A stretch of 64,000 bases of DNA from NCBI GenBank assembly GCA_964016885.1, contig OZ024740.1, positions 275,652,001-275,716,000 of the forward strand, in the 5' to 3' direction. This document shows, piece after piece, positions 10,921-24,999 of the stretch; position 1 is the first letter of the stretch; the number at the start of each line of letters is the position of its first letter. This DNA comes from Eledone cirrhosa. Taxonomy: Eukaryota. The position numbers and the translations under genes are program-made. The notes beneath the pieces were generated by a model. The model saw nothing but the letters and a program-made list of their open reading frames with translations. It did not search any database and was not told the origin of the DNA.

Positions 10921-11020
10921 GTTATAACTTTGCCTTACATCCTTACGGGGTCGATAAAATAAAGTACCAGTAATGTACTGGGTATTTGCTGGCCTTGTGC
11001 CAAAAGTAGAAACAATTATA
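10921..11020 (+). mobile_element. SINE family A, 3' half
   Basis: CCTTACGGGGTCGATAAAATAAAGTACCAG ... GGCCTTGTGCCAAAAGTAGAAACAATTAT. Confidence 0.8.
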
Positions 11021-11089
11021 ATTATTATATGATAATTACTATATGATGACTAATTTTTTCCTTTTGAAAGTTGGATGTTTAATTGTGGA

Positions 11090-11660
11090 TCATCATCATT
11101 ATCATTTAACATCTATTTTCCATGTTAGTATGGGTTAGACAGGTTGTCCCATTTGAGGCAAGTTGGGTCAGGTGACCGTGTCTTGTTCATATAGGACTGT
11201 TTCTGGCTAGATTTCTACAGCCCTTCCTAACGCCAACCACATTTACAGTGAGTACTGAGTGCTTTTTGTCATGACTCCTACACAGCCACCGTACAGTGTG
11301 GGCTGGGTGCTTTTAGTTGTGACACCTATATGACCCCTTTACAGTGTGGGCTGGGTGCTTTTTGTCGCGATACCTACATGACCAGTATACAGTGTGGGCT
11401 GGATGCTTTTTGTCGCGATACCTACATAACCCCTTTACAGTATGGGCTGGATGCTTTTTGTCACAATACCTACATGACCACTTTACAGTGTGGGCTGGGT
11501 GCTTTTAGTTGTGATACCTACATGACCACTTTACAGTGTGGGCTGGGTGCTTTTAGTTGTGATACCTACATGACCACTTTACAGTGTGGGGTGCTTTTAG
11601 TTTAAATACCTACATGAGCATTTTACAGTGTGGGCTGGGTGCTTTTAGGTATGACACCTA
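11090..11660 (-). mobile_element. RTE-type 3' tail with expanded 48-bp internal minisatellite
   Basis: (CAT)n tail at 11090, then about 9 tandem copies of ACAGTGTGGGCTGGGTGCTTTTAGTTGTGATACCTACATGACCACTTT from 11245 with a 48-bp period. Confidence 0.8.
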
Positions 11661-12124
11661 GTGTTTAGTTACTCCTTCTAATTGAGCAAACTTATCATGA
11701 AACACTTTCCAGTTGTAGCCTTTTCATCATTTTTCAGGCATAGTTTAACTATGTTTTTTTGTCTTAGTTATTTTTAGATAAACTTTAATTTGCTCAATAT
11801 ACAAAAGCTCCCAATGTCAGGAAAGACTATTTACAATATATAAAAATAATTGTGCAGTATCTAATGAAAGAAAAAAAAACCCACTACTAATTGGAACAAA
11901 AGGGAAGAAGAAAACAGAAAAATGGAAAGGAGAAAAAGAAAGAAAAATCAAGCAGTGAAAGAAAGAGAGAAGAGGAGGGACAGTCATTACACCCTGGGGC
12001 CTCAGCATTCCGTGGACTTAAGTGTTGCCATGGAGAATGACCAGAGATAACTGCTGCAAACATTTTTTTTTCATTTTTTATTATGTTAAAATGCCATTTG
12101 ATGGAGAAATTGTGTAGTTAGGAT

Positions 12125-12323
12125 TATGAGGGTGGTCAAAAATGATCATAGGCTGATTATGAAGGAGTGACGCAAGTGCTGTGAAATCTTGCATACATTA
12201 ATTTCAACTCTTATTAATAATTGCACTGTTTCTTTCCAGGGATCATGTTGAAAAATAAACCTCATTTGGTCATTCCATGAGAGTATCTTGGTCAGCCTAT
12301 GAACTTTTCAGCTGACCCTCGTA
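12125..12323 (-). mobile_element. Tc1/mariner-type MITE
   Basis: TA-flanked termini TATGAGGGTGGTCAAAAATGATCATAG / CTATGAACTTTTCAGCTGACCCTCGTA; inverted homolog at 30599-30799. Confidence 0.72.
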
Positions 12324-12768
12324 TACTGCCCAATATCTCTTTTTTTTAAAGATGTTAGATTTTGTGTATTGAAGGAGATTTCACTGCTATTTCCTATAAT
12401 TAAAGCAACAGAAAATAGAGTCTCTAGTTGGTTTTAAAGTATGTGTTGTGCAGTGTTGTGACATGGAGAAACATAACAAAAAATTAATAGAGATACAAGA
12501 AAATAAAATTCTATGGAAATGCTGTAGTTTTGGGAAGAGCTTTTAGTACAGTGGTAGAGGTCAAATAAAATATAGTCAATGTAAAGTTAAAAAGAGATGA
12601 GGAGAGACAAAAGGAAGCAAAAACTATTTTAATAACTTAGAGCTTACCTATGGGCACCATCTGCAAAAAATATTAGTCACTAAGGTGTAGTGCTCTTATA
12701 CTTAATGTAGCAAGGAAAATATCTATTTGATTAATAATATGTATGTGGTGAGAAGATATTATTTCAAA

Positions 12769-12861
12769 ACTTTGCCTTTCATCCTTACGGGGTCGATAAA
12801 ATAAAGTACCAGTAATCTACTGGTTAATTGCTGGCCTTGTGTCTAAAGTAGAAACAATTAT
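12769..12861 (+). mobile_element. SINE family A, 3' half
   Basis: Same central domain and tail as 7464-7655. Confidence 0.8.
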
Positions 12862-12889
12862 TCCAATTACAAAATTACAGACAATCATT

Positions 12890-13390
12890 ATATATTCAAT
12901 TGAATACACATAAAAATGAGAAAACACATCACTAGGACAGGCATTAAAACAACTAAATGTTGTCAAAGACAGTGATGGGCAAAAATGCCTCAGAGGACTA
13001 AGAACAGCAGCCTTTGTCTCTCTGTTGACCACTGGCTGCTGGACTGCGTCCTTTAAGGCAGGCATGTCAAACATGCAGCCGTGGGGACACATGCGGCCCT
13101 TTACAAGCACACCACATGCCCCCCACCACACACAAAGATTTCTACAGCGCGAGTATGTTTTATCTTTGTAATATAAAATGAAAAAAATAGTTGTAAAGTG
13201 CACAATTTGTTGTCGTGTGTGGCCCTCAGACAATACATACGTGACACATGTGGCCCTCGAGGCACCCTCAGTTTGACATGCCTGCTCTAAGGCATTTTTG
13301 CCCATCATTGTCTTTGACAGCATTTAACTGTTTTAACTCCTGTTCTAGTGATGAGTTTTCTCATTTTTATATGTATTTAATCAAATACAT
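12890..13390. mobile_element. Fold-back/MITE with ~105-bp inverted arms
   Basis: 12890-12995 is the diverged reverse complement of 13285-13390 (e.g. TGTCAAAGACAGTGATGGGCAAAAATGCCT / AGGCATTTTTGCCCATCATTGTCTTTGACA). Confidence 0.7.
13059..13284. mobile_element. hAT (Charlie-like) MITE nested in the fold-back element
   Basis: Perfect TIR CAGGCATGTCAAAC / GTTTGACATGCCTG; 8-bp TSD CTTTAAGG / CTCTAAGG; subterminal GGCCC motifs. Confidence 0.85.
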
Positions 13391-13439
13391 TCTTGCTTCA
13401 TCTCGATCAGAGACAACATTGTTTTAACCTTATATTTAC

Positions 13440-13931
13440 TGATAAACTCCGACCTCACACACTTACACCTCTCCAAGACAATGTCACTGGACTGAGACCT
13501 TTGGCGGTACTCAGTAATAGAGAAGACCCGCCTTACCTAAATACATAGTAAAACCTACTACAGTCAGTAGGCATCTCTAACAAAATACACCCCCGTCCCA
13601 CCACCCCCACCCCATCCACACCACCCCCTTCTATGTAAAGTTATGTTGGTGCCGCGCCATCCAGGCCGAAACAAATGAGATCGTGTAGGTGTCACGACAA
13701 AAAAACACACAGTCCACGCTGTAATGTGGCCGTGTAGGCAACATGGTAAAAACCTCCCAGCCCCACACTGTAAATGTGGTTGGTGTTAGGAAGGGCATCC
13801 AACTGTAGAAAACCTGCCAGACAGTCCTATGCGAGCAAGACAATCACTCTTGCCTCAAGTGGGAAAACCCCCCGTCCAAACCCATGCAAGCGTGGAACAC
13901 GGACGTTAAACGTTGATGATGATGATGATGA
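13440..13931 (+). mobile_element. 5'-truncated RTE 3' end
   Basis: Nearly identical to 4430-4895; (TGA)n tail; ATTTACTG repeated at 13434 and 13931 (likely TSD). Confidence 0.9.
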
Positions 13932-14082
13932 TTTACTGTTTTACTAGTTGCATCTATTTAATTGTAACTTTGTTAGGACAATGTCATAAGATACTGATTT
14001 TACTAAGGGAAAGTTGAGTTTCACACACAATTATTGATGTCATTAAACTAACAATTTAGCAGAAATAGATGTTATCCCCCCC

Positions 14083-14329
14083 CCTCCTCCTCCTCCTCCT
14101 CATCATCATCATCATCTTCATCAACATCATTACCATCATCATCATCATCATCATAATCATCATCGTCGTCACATTCGTCATCATCGCCATCATCATCTTC
14201 ATCATCATCATCACCATCGTCATCAACATCATCGTCATCATCGCCATCAACGCCATCATCATCCTCACCATCATCATCACCATCATCATCAACATCATCG
14301 CCATCATCGTCATCATCGCCATCATCGTC

Positions 14330-14360
<31 letters not shown>

Positions 14361-14523
14361 TCGTCATCATCGCCATCATCATCTTCATCATGACCATCAT
14401 CATCAACATCATCATCATCATCACCATCATCATCAACGTCATCACCATCATCATCATCATCGTCATCATCGTCATCATCGCCATCATCATCATGATCATC
14501 GTCATCATTGTCATCATCATCAT
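14083..14523. repeat. Imperfect (CAT)n trinucleotide repeat
   Basis: ~440 bp of CAT with CGT/CAC/CAA/CGC variants. Confidence 0.95.
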
Positions 14524-14847
14524 GCATTGTTTGCCCACTGCAAGGCAAAATCCTCTCCAATTGTTTCTATGATGTGCTGCTCACATCCATATAGACTCCA
14601 TAAACTTATAGATTTCATCTGTTTTCCTTACTTATGGGAACCTGGTCTCCTTGGTTTCCATTCTCGACATAGTTTTATTAATCTGTTATCATATGTTCAC
14701 AAACCTTGCCTATTTCCATTTTCTCTTCTTAATATATTTTATGATGATGATGATGATGATGATGATGTCTTGTAATATCATTTGTTCTTTTAGTCATTGA
14801 AAAGGTTTTCTGCTCTCTTTAGTATTCCTAAACTAAATATCTTAAAA

Positions 14848-17800
14848 GTTAACAGAAACATGTACAGGGAGCAATATGTATTGTATGTTGACAGAAACAT
14901 GTACAAGGAGCTATATGTATTGTATGTTGACAGAAACATGTACAAGGAGCCATATGTATTGTATGTTGACAGAAACATGTACAAGGAGCTATATGTATTG
15001 TATGTTGACAGAAACATGTACAAGAAGCTATATGTATTGTATGTTGACAGAAACATGTACAAGGAGCTATATGTATTGTATGTTGACAGAAACATGTACA
15101 AGGAGCAATATGTATTGTATGTTGACAGAAACATGTACAAGGAGCAATATGTATTGTATGTTGACAGAAACATGTACAAGGAGCAATATGTGTTGTATGT
15201 TGACAGAAACATGTACAAGGAGCTATATGTATTGTATGTTGACAGAAACATGTACAAGGAGCAATATGTATTGTATGTTGACAGAAACATGTACAAGGAG
15301 CTATATGTGTTGTATGTTGACAGAAACATGTACAAGGAGCTATATGTATTGTACGTTGACAGAAACATGTACAAGGAGCCATATGTATTGTATGTTGACA
15401 GAAACATGTACAAGGAGCAATATGTATTGTATGTTGACAGAAACATGTACAAGGAGCTATATGTATTGTATGTTGACAGAAACATGTACAAGGAGCAATA
15501 TGTATTGTATGTTGACAGAAACATGTACAAGGAGCTATATGTGTTGTATGTTGACAGAAACATGTACAAGGAGCCATATGTAATGTATGTTGACAGAAAC
15601 ATGTACAAGGAGCTATATGTATTGTATGTTGACAGAAACATGTACAAGGAGCTATATGTATTGTATGTTGACAGAACCATGTACAAGGAGCTATATGTAT
15701 TGTATGTTGACAGAAACATGTACAAGGAGCTATATGTATTGTATGTTGACAGAAACATGTACAAGGAGCTATATGTATTGTACGTTGACAGAACCATGTA
15801 CAAGGAGCTATATGTATTGTATGTTGACAGAAACATGTACAAGGAGCCATATGTAATGTATGTTGACAGAAACATGTACAAGGAGCTATATGTATTGTAC
15901 GTTGACAGAACCATGTACAAGGAGCTATATGTATTGTATGTTGACAGAAACATGTACAGGGAGCAATATGTATTGTATGTTGACAGAAACATGTACAAGG
16001 AGCTATATGTATTGTATGTTTACAGAACCATGTACAAGGTGCTATATGTATTGTATGTTGACAGAAACATGTACAAGGAGCCATATGTATTGTATGTTGA
16101 CAGAAACATGTACAAGGAGCTATATGTATTGTATGTTGACAGAAACATGTACAAGGAGCTATATGTATTGTATGTTGACAGAAACATGTACAAGGAGCTA
16201 TATGTATTGTATGTTGACAGAAACATGTACAAGGAGCTATATGTATTGTATGTTGACAGAAACATGTACAAGGAGCTATATGTATTGTATGTTGACAGAA
16301 ACATGTACAAGGAGCCATATGTATTGTATGTTGACAGAAACATGTACAAGGAGCTATATGTATTGTATGTTGACAGAAACATGTACAATGAGCCATATGT
16401 AATGTATGTTGACAGAAACATGTACAAGGAGCTATATGTATTGTATGTTGACGGAAACATGTACAAGGAGCTATATGTATTGTATGTTGACAGAAACATG
16501 TACAAGGAGCTATATGTATAGTATGTTGACAGAAACATGTACAAGGAGCTATATGTATTGTATGTTGACAGAAACATGTACAAGGAGCAATATGTATTGT
16601 ATGTTGACAGAAACATGTACAAGGAGCCATATGTATTGTATGTTGACAGAAACATGTACAAGGAGCTATATGTATTGTATGTTGACAGAAACATGTACAA
16701 GGAGCTATATGTATTGTATGTTGACAGAAACATGTACAAGGAGCTATATGTATTGTATGTTGACAGAAACATGTACAAGGAGCTATATGTATTGTATGTT
16801 GACAGAAACATGTACAAGGAGCTATATGTATTGTATGTTGACAGAAACATGTACAAGGAGCTATATGTATTGTATGTTGACAGAAACATGTACAAGGAGC
16901 TATATGTATTGTATGTTGAGAGAAACATGTACAAGGAGCCATATTTATTGTATGTTGAGAGAAACATGTACAAGGAGCTATATGTATTGTATGTTGACAG
17001 AAACATGCACAAGGAGCTATATGTATTGTATGTTGAGAGAAACATGTACAAGGAGCTATATGTATTGTATGTTGACAGAAACATGTACAAGGAGCTATAT
17101 GTATTGTATGTTGACAGAAACATGTACAAGGAGCAATATGTATTGTATGTTGACAGAAACATGTACAAGGAGCAATATGTATTGTATGTTGACAGAAACA
17201 TGTACAAGGAGCAATATCTGTTGTATGTTGACAGAAACATGTACAAGGAGCTATATGTATTGTATGTTGACAGAAACATGTACAAGGAGCAATATGTATT
17301 GTATGTTGACAGAAACATGTACAAGGAGCTATATGTATTGTATGTTGACAGAAACATGTACAAGGAGCAATATGTATTGTATGTTGACAGAAACATGTAC
17401 AAGGAGCTATATGTGTTGTATGTTGACAGAAACATGTACAAGGAGCCATATGTAATGTATGTTGACAGAAACATGTACAAGGAGCTATATGTATTGTATG
17501 TTGACAGAAACATGTACAAGGAGCTATATGTATTGTATGTTGACAGAAACATGTACAAGGAGCTATATGTATTGTATGTTGACAGAAACATGTACAAGGA
17601 GCTATATGTATTGTATGTTGACAGAAACATGTACAAGGAGCTATATGTATTGTACGTTGACAGAACCATGTACAAGGAGCTATATGTATTGTATGTTGAC
17701 AGAAACATGTACAAGGAGCCATATGTAATGTATGTTGACAGAAACATGTACAAGGAGCTATATGTATTGTACGTTGACAGAACCATGTACAAGGAGCTAT

Positions 17801-20800
17801 ATGTATTGTATGTTGACAGAAACATGTACAGGGAGCAATATGTATTGTATGTTGACAGAAACATGTACAAGGAGCTATATGTATTGTATGTTTACAGAAC
17901 CATGTACAAGGTGCTATATGTATTGTATGTTGACAGAAACATGTACAAGGAGCCATATGTATTGTATGTTGACAGAAACATGTACAAGGAGCTATATGTA
18001 TTGTATGTTGACAGAAACATGTACAAGGAGCTATATGTATTGTATGTTGACAGAAACATGTACAAGGTGCTATATGTATTGTATGTTGACAGAAACATGT
18101 ACAAGGAGCTATATGTATTGTATGTTGACAGAAACATGTACAAGGAGCTATATGTATTGTATGTTGACAGAAACATGTACAAGGAGCCATATGTATTGTA
18201 TGTTGACAGAAACATGTACAATGAGCCATATGTAATGTATGTTGACAGAAACATGTACAAGGAGCTATATGTATTGTATGTTGACAGAAACATGTACAAG
18301 GAGCTATATGTATTGTATGTTGACAGAAACATGTACAAGGAGCTATATGTATTGTATGTTGACAGAAACATGTACAAGGAGCTATATGTATTGTATGTTG
18401 ACAGAAACATGTACAAGGAGCTATATGTATTGTATGTTGAGAGAAACATGTACAAGGAGCCATATTTATTGTATGTTGAGAGAAACATGTACAAGGAGCT
18501 ATATGTATTGTATGTTGACAGAAACATGCACAAGGAGCTATATGTATTGTATGTTGAGAGAAACATGTACAATGAGCTATATGTATTGTATGTTGACAGA
18601 AACATGTACAAGGAGCTATATGTATTGTATGTTGACAGAAACATGTACAAGGAGCTATATGTGTTGTATGTTGACAGAAACATGTACAAGGAGCCATATG
18701 TAATGTATGTTGACAGAAACATGTACAAGGAGCTATATGTATTGTATGTTGACAGAAACATGTACAAGGAGCTATATGTATTGTATGTTGACAGAAACAT
18801 GTACAAGGAGCTATATGTATTGTATGTTGACAGAAACATGTACAAGGAGCTATATGTATTGTATGTTGACAGAAACATGTACAAGGAGCTATATGTATTG
18901 TACGTTGACAGAACCATGTACAAGGAGCTATATGTATTGTATGTTGACAGAAACATGTACAAGGAGCCATATGTAATGTATGTTGACAGAAACATGTACA
19001 AGGAGCTATATGTATTGTACGTTGACAGAACCATGTACAAGGAGCTATATGTATTGTATGTTGACAGAAACATGTACAGGGAGCAATATGTATTGTATGT
19101 TGACAGAAACATGTACAAGGAGCTATATGTATTGTATGTTTACAGAACCATGTACAAGGTGCTATATGTATTGTATGTTGACAGAAACATGTACAAGGAG
19201 CCATATGTATTGTATGTTGACAGAAACATGTACAAGGAGCTATATGTATTGTATGTTGACAGAAACATGTACAAGGAGCTATATGTATTGTATGTTGACA
19301 GAAACATGTACAAGGTGCTATATGTATTGTATGTTGACAGAAACATGTACAAGGAGCTATATGTATTGTATGTTGACAGAAACATGTACAAGGAGCTATA
19401 TGTATTGTATGTTGACAGAAACATGTACAAGGAGCCATATGTATTGTATGTTGACAGAAACATGTACAATGAGCCATATGTAATGTATGTTGACAGAAAC
19501 ATGTACAAGGAGCTATATGTATTGTATGTTGACAGAAACATGTACAAGGAGCTATATGTATTGTATGTTGACAGAAACATGTACAAGGAGCTATATGTAT
19601 TGTATGTTGACAGAAACATGTACAAGGAGCTATATGTATTGTATGTTGACAGAAACATGTACAAGGAGCTATATGTATTGTATGTTGAGAGAAACATGTA
19701 CAAGGAGCCATATTTATTGTATGTTGAGAGAAACATGTACAAGGAGCTATATGTATTGTATGTTGACAGAAACATGCACAAGGAGCTATATGTATTGTAT
19801 GTTGAGAGAAACATGTACAATGAGCTATATGTATTGTATGTTGACAGAAACATGTACAAGGAGCTATATGTATTGTATGTTGACAGAAACATGTACAAGG
19901 AGCAATATGTATTGTATGTTGACAGAAACATGTACAAGGAGCCATATGTATTGTATGTTGACAGAAACATGTACAGGGAGCAATATGTATTGTATGTTGA
20001 CAGAAACATGTACAAGGAGCTATATGTATTGTATGTTTACAGAACCATGTACAAGGAGCCATATGTATTGTATGTTGACAGAAACATGTACAAGGAGCTA
20101 TATGTATTGTATGTTGACAGAAACATGTACAAGGAGCTATATGTATTGTACGTTGACAGAACCATGTACAAGGAGCTATATGTATTGTATGTTGACAGAA
20201 ACATGTACAAGGAGCCATATGTAATGTATGTTGACAGAAACATGTACAAGGAGCTATATGTATTGTACGTTGACAGAACCATGTACAAGGTGCTATATGT
20301 ATTGTATGTTGACAGAAACATGTACAGGGAGCAATATGTATTGTATGTTGACAGAAACATGTACAAGGAGCTATATGTATTGTATGTTTACAGAACCATG
20401 TACAAGGTGCTATATGTATTGTATGTTGACAGAAACATGTACAAGGAGCCATATGTATTGTATGTTGACAGAAACATGTACAAGGAGCTATATGTATTGT
20501 ATGTTGACAGAAACATGTACAAGGAGCTATATGTATTGTATGTTGACAGAAACATGTACAAGGAGCTATATCTATTGTATGTTGACAGAAACATGTACAA
20601 GGAGCTATATGTATTGTATGTTGACAGAAACATGTACAAGGAGCTATATGTATTGTATGTTGACAGAAACATGTACAAGGAGCCATATGTATTGTATGTT
20701 GACAGAAACATGTACAAGGAGCCATATGTATTGTATGTTGACAGAAACATGTACAATGAGCCATATGTACTGATGTTGACAGAAACATGTACAAGGAGCT

Positions 20801-23800
20801 ATATGTATTGTATGTTGACAGAAACATGTACAAGGAGCTATATGTATTGTATGTTGACAGAAACATGTACAAGGAGCAATATGTATTGTATGTTGACAGA
20901 AACATGTACAAGGAGCCATATGTATTGTATGTTGACAGAAACATGTACAAGGAGCTATATGTATTGTATGTTGACAGAAACATGTACAAGGAGCTATATG
21001 TATTGTATGTTGACAGAAACATGTACAAGGAGCTATATGTATTGTATGTTGACAGAAACATGTACAAGGAGCTATATGTATTGTATGTTGACAGAAACAT
21101 GTACAAGGAGCTATATGTATTGTATGTTGAGAGAAACATGTACAAGGAGCTATATGTATTGTATGTTGACAGAAACATGTACAAGGAGCTATATGTATTG
21201 TATGTTGACAGAAACATGTACAAGGAGCTATATGTATTGTATGTTGACAGAAACATGTACAAGGAGCAATATGTATTGTATGTTGACAGAAACATGTACA
21301 AGGAGCCATATGTATTGTATGTTGACAGAAACATGTACAAGGAGCTATATGTATTGTATGTTGACAGAAACATGTACAAGGAGCTATATGTATTGTATGT
21401 TGACAGAAACATGTACAAGGAGCTATATGTATTGTATGTTGACAGAAACATGTACAAGGAGCTATATGTATTGTATGTTGACAGAAACATGTACAAGGAG
21501 CTATATGTATTGTATGTTGACAGAAACATGTACAAGGAGCTATATGTATTGTATGTTGACAGAAATATGTACAAGGAGCTATATGTATTGTATGTTGACA
21601 GAAACATGTACAAGGAGCTATATGTATTGTATGTTGACAGAAACATGTACAAGGAGCCATATGTATTGTATGTTGACAGAAATATGTACAAGGAGCCATA
21701 TGTAATGTATGTTGATAGAAACATGTACAAGGAGCTATATGTATTGTATGTTGACAGAAACATGTACAAGGAGCTATATGTATTGTATGTTGACAGAAAC
21801 ATGTACAAGGAGCTATATGTATTGTATGTTGACAGAAACATGTACAAGGAGCTATATGTATTGTATGTTGACAGAAACATGTACAAGGAGCTATATGTAT
21901 TGTATGTTGACAGAAATATGTACAAGGAGCTATATGTATTGTATGTTGACAGAAACATGTACAAGGAGCAATATGTATTGTATGTTGACAGAAATATGTA
22001 CAAGGAGCTATATGTATTGTATGTTGACAGAAACATGTACAAGGTGCTATATGTATTGTATGTTGACAGAAACATGTACAAGGAGCTATATGTATTGTAT
22101 GTTGACAGAAACATGTACAAGGAGCTATATGTATTGTATGTTGACAGAAACATGTACAAGGAGCTATATGTATTGTATGTTGACAGAAACATGTATAAGG
22201 AGCTATATGTATTGTATGTTCACAGAAACATGTATAAGGAGCTATATGTATTGTATGTTAACAGAAACATGTACAAGGAGCTATATGTATTGTATGTTGA
22301 CAGAAACATGTATAAGGTGCTATATGTATTGTATGTTGACAGAAACATGTATAAGGAGCTATATGTATTGTATGTTAACAGAAACATGTACAAGGAGCTA
22401 TATGTATTGTATGTTGACAGAAACATGTATAAGGAGCTATATGTATTGTATGTTGACAGAAACATGTACAAGGAGCTATATGTATTGTATGTTGACAGAA
22501 ACATGTACAAGGAGCAATATGTATTGTATGTTGACAGAAACATGTACAAGGAGCCATATGTATTGTATGTTGACAGAAACATGTACAAGGAGCTATATGT
22601 ATTGTATGTTGACAGAAACATGTACAAGGAGCTATATGTATTGTATGTTGACAGAAACATGTACAAGGAGCTATATGTATTGTATGTTGACAGAAACATG
22701 TACAAGGAGCTATATGTATTGTATGTTGACAGAAACATGTACAAGGAGCTATATGTATTGTATGTTGACAGAAATATGTACAAGGAGCTATATGTATTGT
22801 ATGTTGACAGAAATATGTACAAGGAGCTATATGTATTGTATGTTGACAGAAACATGTACAAGGAGCTATATGTATTGTATGTTGACAGAAACATGTACAA
22901 GGAGCTATATGTATTGTATGTTGACAGAAATATGTACAAGGAGCCATATGTAATGTATGTTGATAGAAACATGTACAAGGAGCTATATGTATTGTATGTT
23001 GACAGAAACATGTACAAGGAGCTATATGTATTGTATGTTGACAGAAACATGTACAAGGAGCTATATGTATTGTATGTTGACAGAAACATGTACAAGGAGC
23101 TATATGTATTGTATGTTGACAGAAACATGTACAAGGAGCTATATGTATTGTATGTTGACAGAAATATGTACAAGGAGCTATATGTATTGTATGTTGACAG
23201 AAACATGTACAAGGAGCAATATGTATTGTATGTTGACAGAAATATGTACAAGGAGCTATATGTATTGTATGTTGACAGAAACATGTACAAGGTGCTATAT
23301 GTATTGTATGTTGACAGAAACATGTACAAGGAGCTATATGTATTGTATGTTGACAGAAACATGTACAAGGAGCTATATGTATTGTATGTTGACAGAAACA
23401 TGTACAAGGAGCTATATGTATTGTATGTTGACAGAAACATGTATAAGGAGCTATATGTATTGTATGTTCACAGAAACATGTATAAGGAGCTATATGTATT
23501 GTATGTTAACAGAAACATGTACAAGGAGCTATATGTATTGTATGTTGACAGAAACATGTATAAGGTGCTATATGTATTGTATGTTGACAGAAACATGTAT
23601 AAGGAGCTATATGTATTGTATGTTAACAGAAACATGTACAAGGAGCTATATGTATTGTATGTTGACAGAAACATGTACAAGGAGCTATATGTATTGTATG
23701 TTGACAGAAACATGTACAAGGAGCAATATGTATTGTATGTTGACAGAAACATGTACAAGGAGCCATATGTATTGTATGTTGACAGAAACATGTACAAGGA

Positions 23801-24999
23801 GCTATATGTATTGTATGTTGACAGAAACATGTACAAGGAGCTATATGTATTGTATGTTGACAGAAACATGTACAAGGAGCTATATGTATTGTATGTTGAC
23901 AGAAACATGTACAAGGAGCTATATGTATTGTATGTTGACAGAAACATGTACAAGGAGCTATATGTATTGTATGTTGACAGAAACATGTACAAGGAGCTAT
24001 ATGTATTGTATGTTGACAGAAACATGTACAAGGAGCTATATGTATTGTATGTTGACAGAAACATGTACAAGGAGCTATATGTATTGTATGTTGACAGAAA
24101 TATGTACAAGGAGCTATATGTATTGTATGTTGACAGAAACATGTACAAGGAGCTATATGTATTGTATGTTGACAGAAACATGTACAAGGAGCTATATGTA
24201 TTGTATGTTGACAGAAACATGTACAAGGAGCTATATGTATTGTATGTTGACAGAAACATGTACAAGGAGCTATATGTATTGTATGTTGACAGAAACATGT
24301 ACAAGGAGCTATATGTATTGTATGTTGACAGAAACATGTACAAGGAGCTATATGTATTGTATGTTGACAGAAACATGTACAAGGAGCTATATGTATTGTA
24401 TGTTGACAGAAATATGTACAAGGAGCTATATGTATTGTATGTTGACAGAAACATGTACAAGGAGCAATATGTATTGTATGTTGACAGAAATATGTACAAG
24501 GAGCTATATGTATTGTATGTTGACAGAAACATGTACAAGGAGCTATATGTATTGTATGTTGACAGAAACATGTACAAGGAGCTATATGTATTGTATGTTG
24601 ACAGAAACATGTACAAGGTGCTATATGTATTGTATGTTGACAGAAACATGTACAAGGAGCTATATGTATTGTATGTTGACAGAAACATGTATAAGGAGCT
24701 ATATGTATTGTATGTTGACAGAAACATGTATAAGGAGCTATATGTATTGTATGTTAACAGAAACATGTACAAGGAGCTATATGTATTGTATGTTGACAGA
24801 AACATGTATAAGGAGCTATATGTATTGTATGTTGACAGAAACATGTATAAGGAGCTATATGTATTGTATGTTAACAGAAACATGTACAAGGAGCTATATG
24901 TATTGTATGTTGACAGAAACATGTACAAGGAGCTATATGTATTGTATGTTGACAGAAACATGTATAAGGAGCTATATGTATTGTATGTTGACAGAACCA
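14848..24999. repeat. 39-bp satellite array, ~260 monomers
   Basis: Consensus GTTGACAGAAACATGTACAAGGAGCTATATGTATTGTAT repeated head-to-tail with no spacers; one 38-bp monomer near 20770. Confidence 0.98.

Noticed and set aside
14056-14572. Poly-Asp, poly-Met or poly-Ile proteins (e.g. acidic biomineralisation protein)
   Set aside because: Imperfect (CAT)n microsatellite of the kind common throughout the window; no signal peptide or splice support.
14848-24999. CRISPR array (repeat length in the CRISPR range)
   Set aside because: Monomers are contiguous with no unique spacers, there are no cas genes, and the context is eukaryotic.
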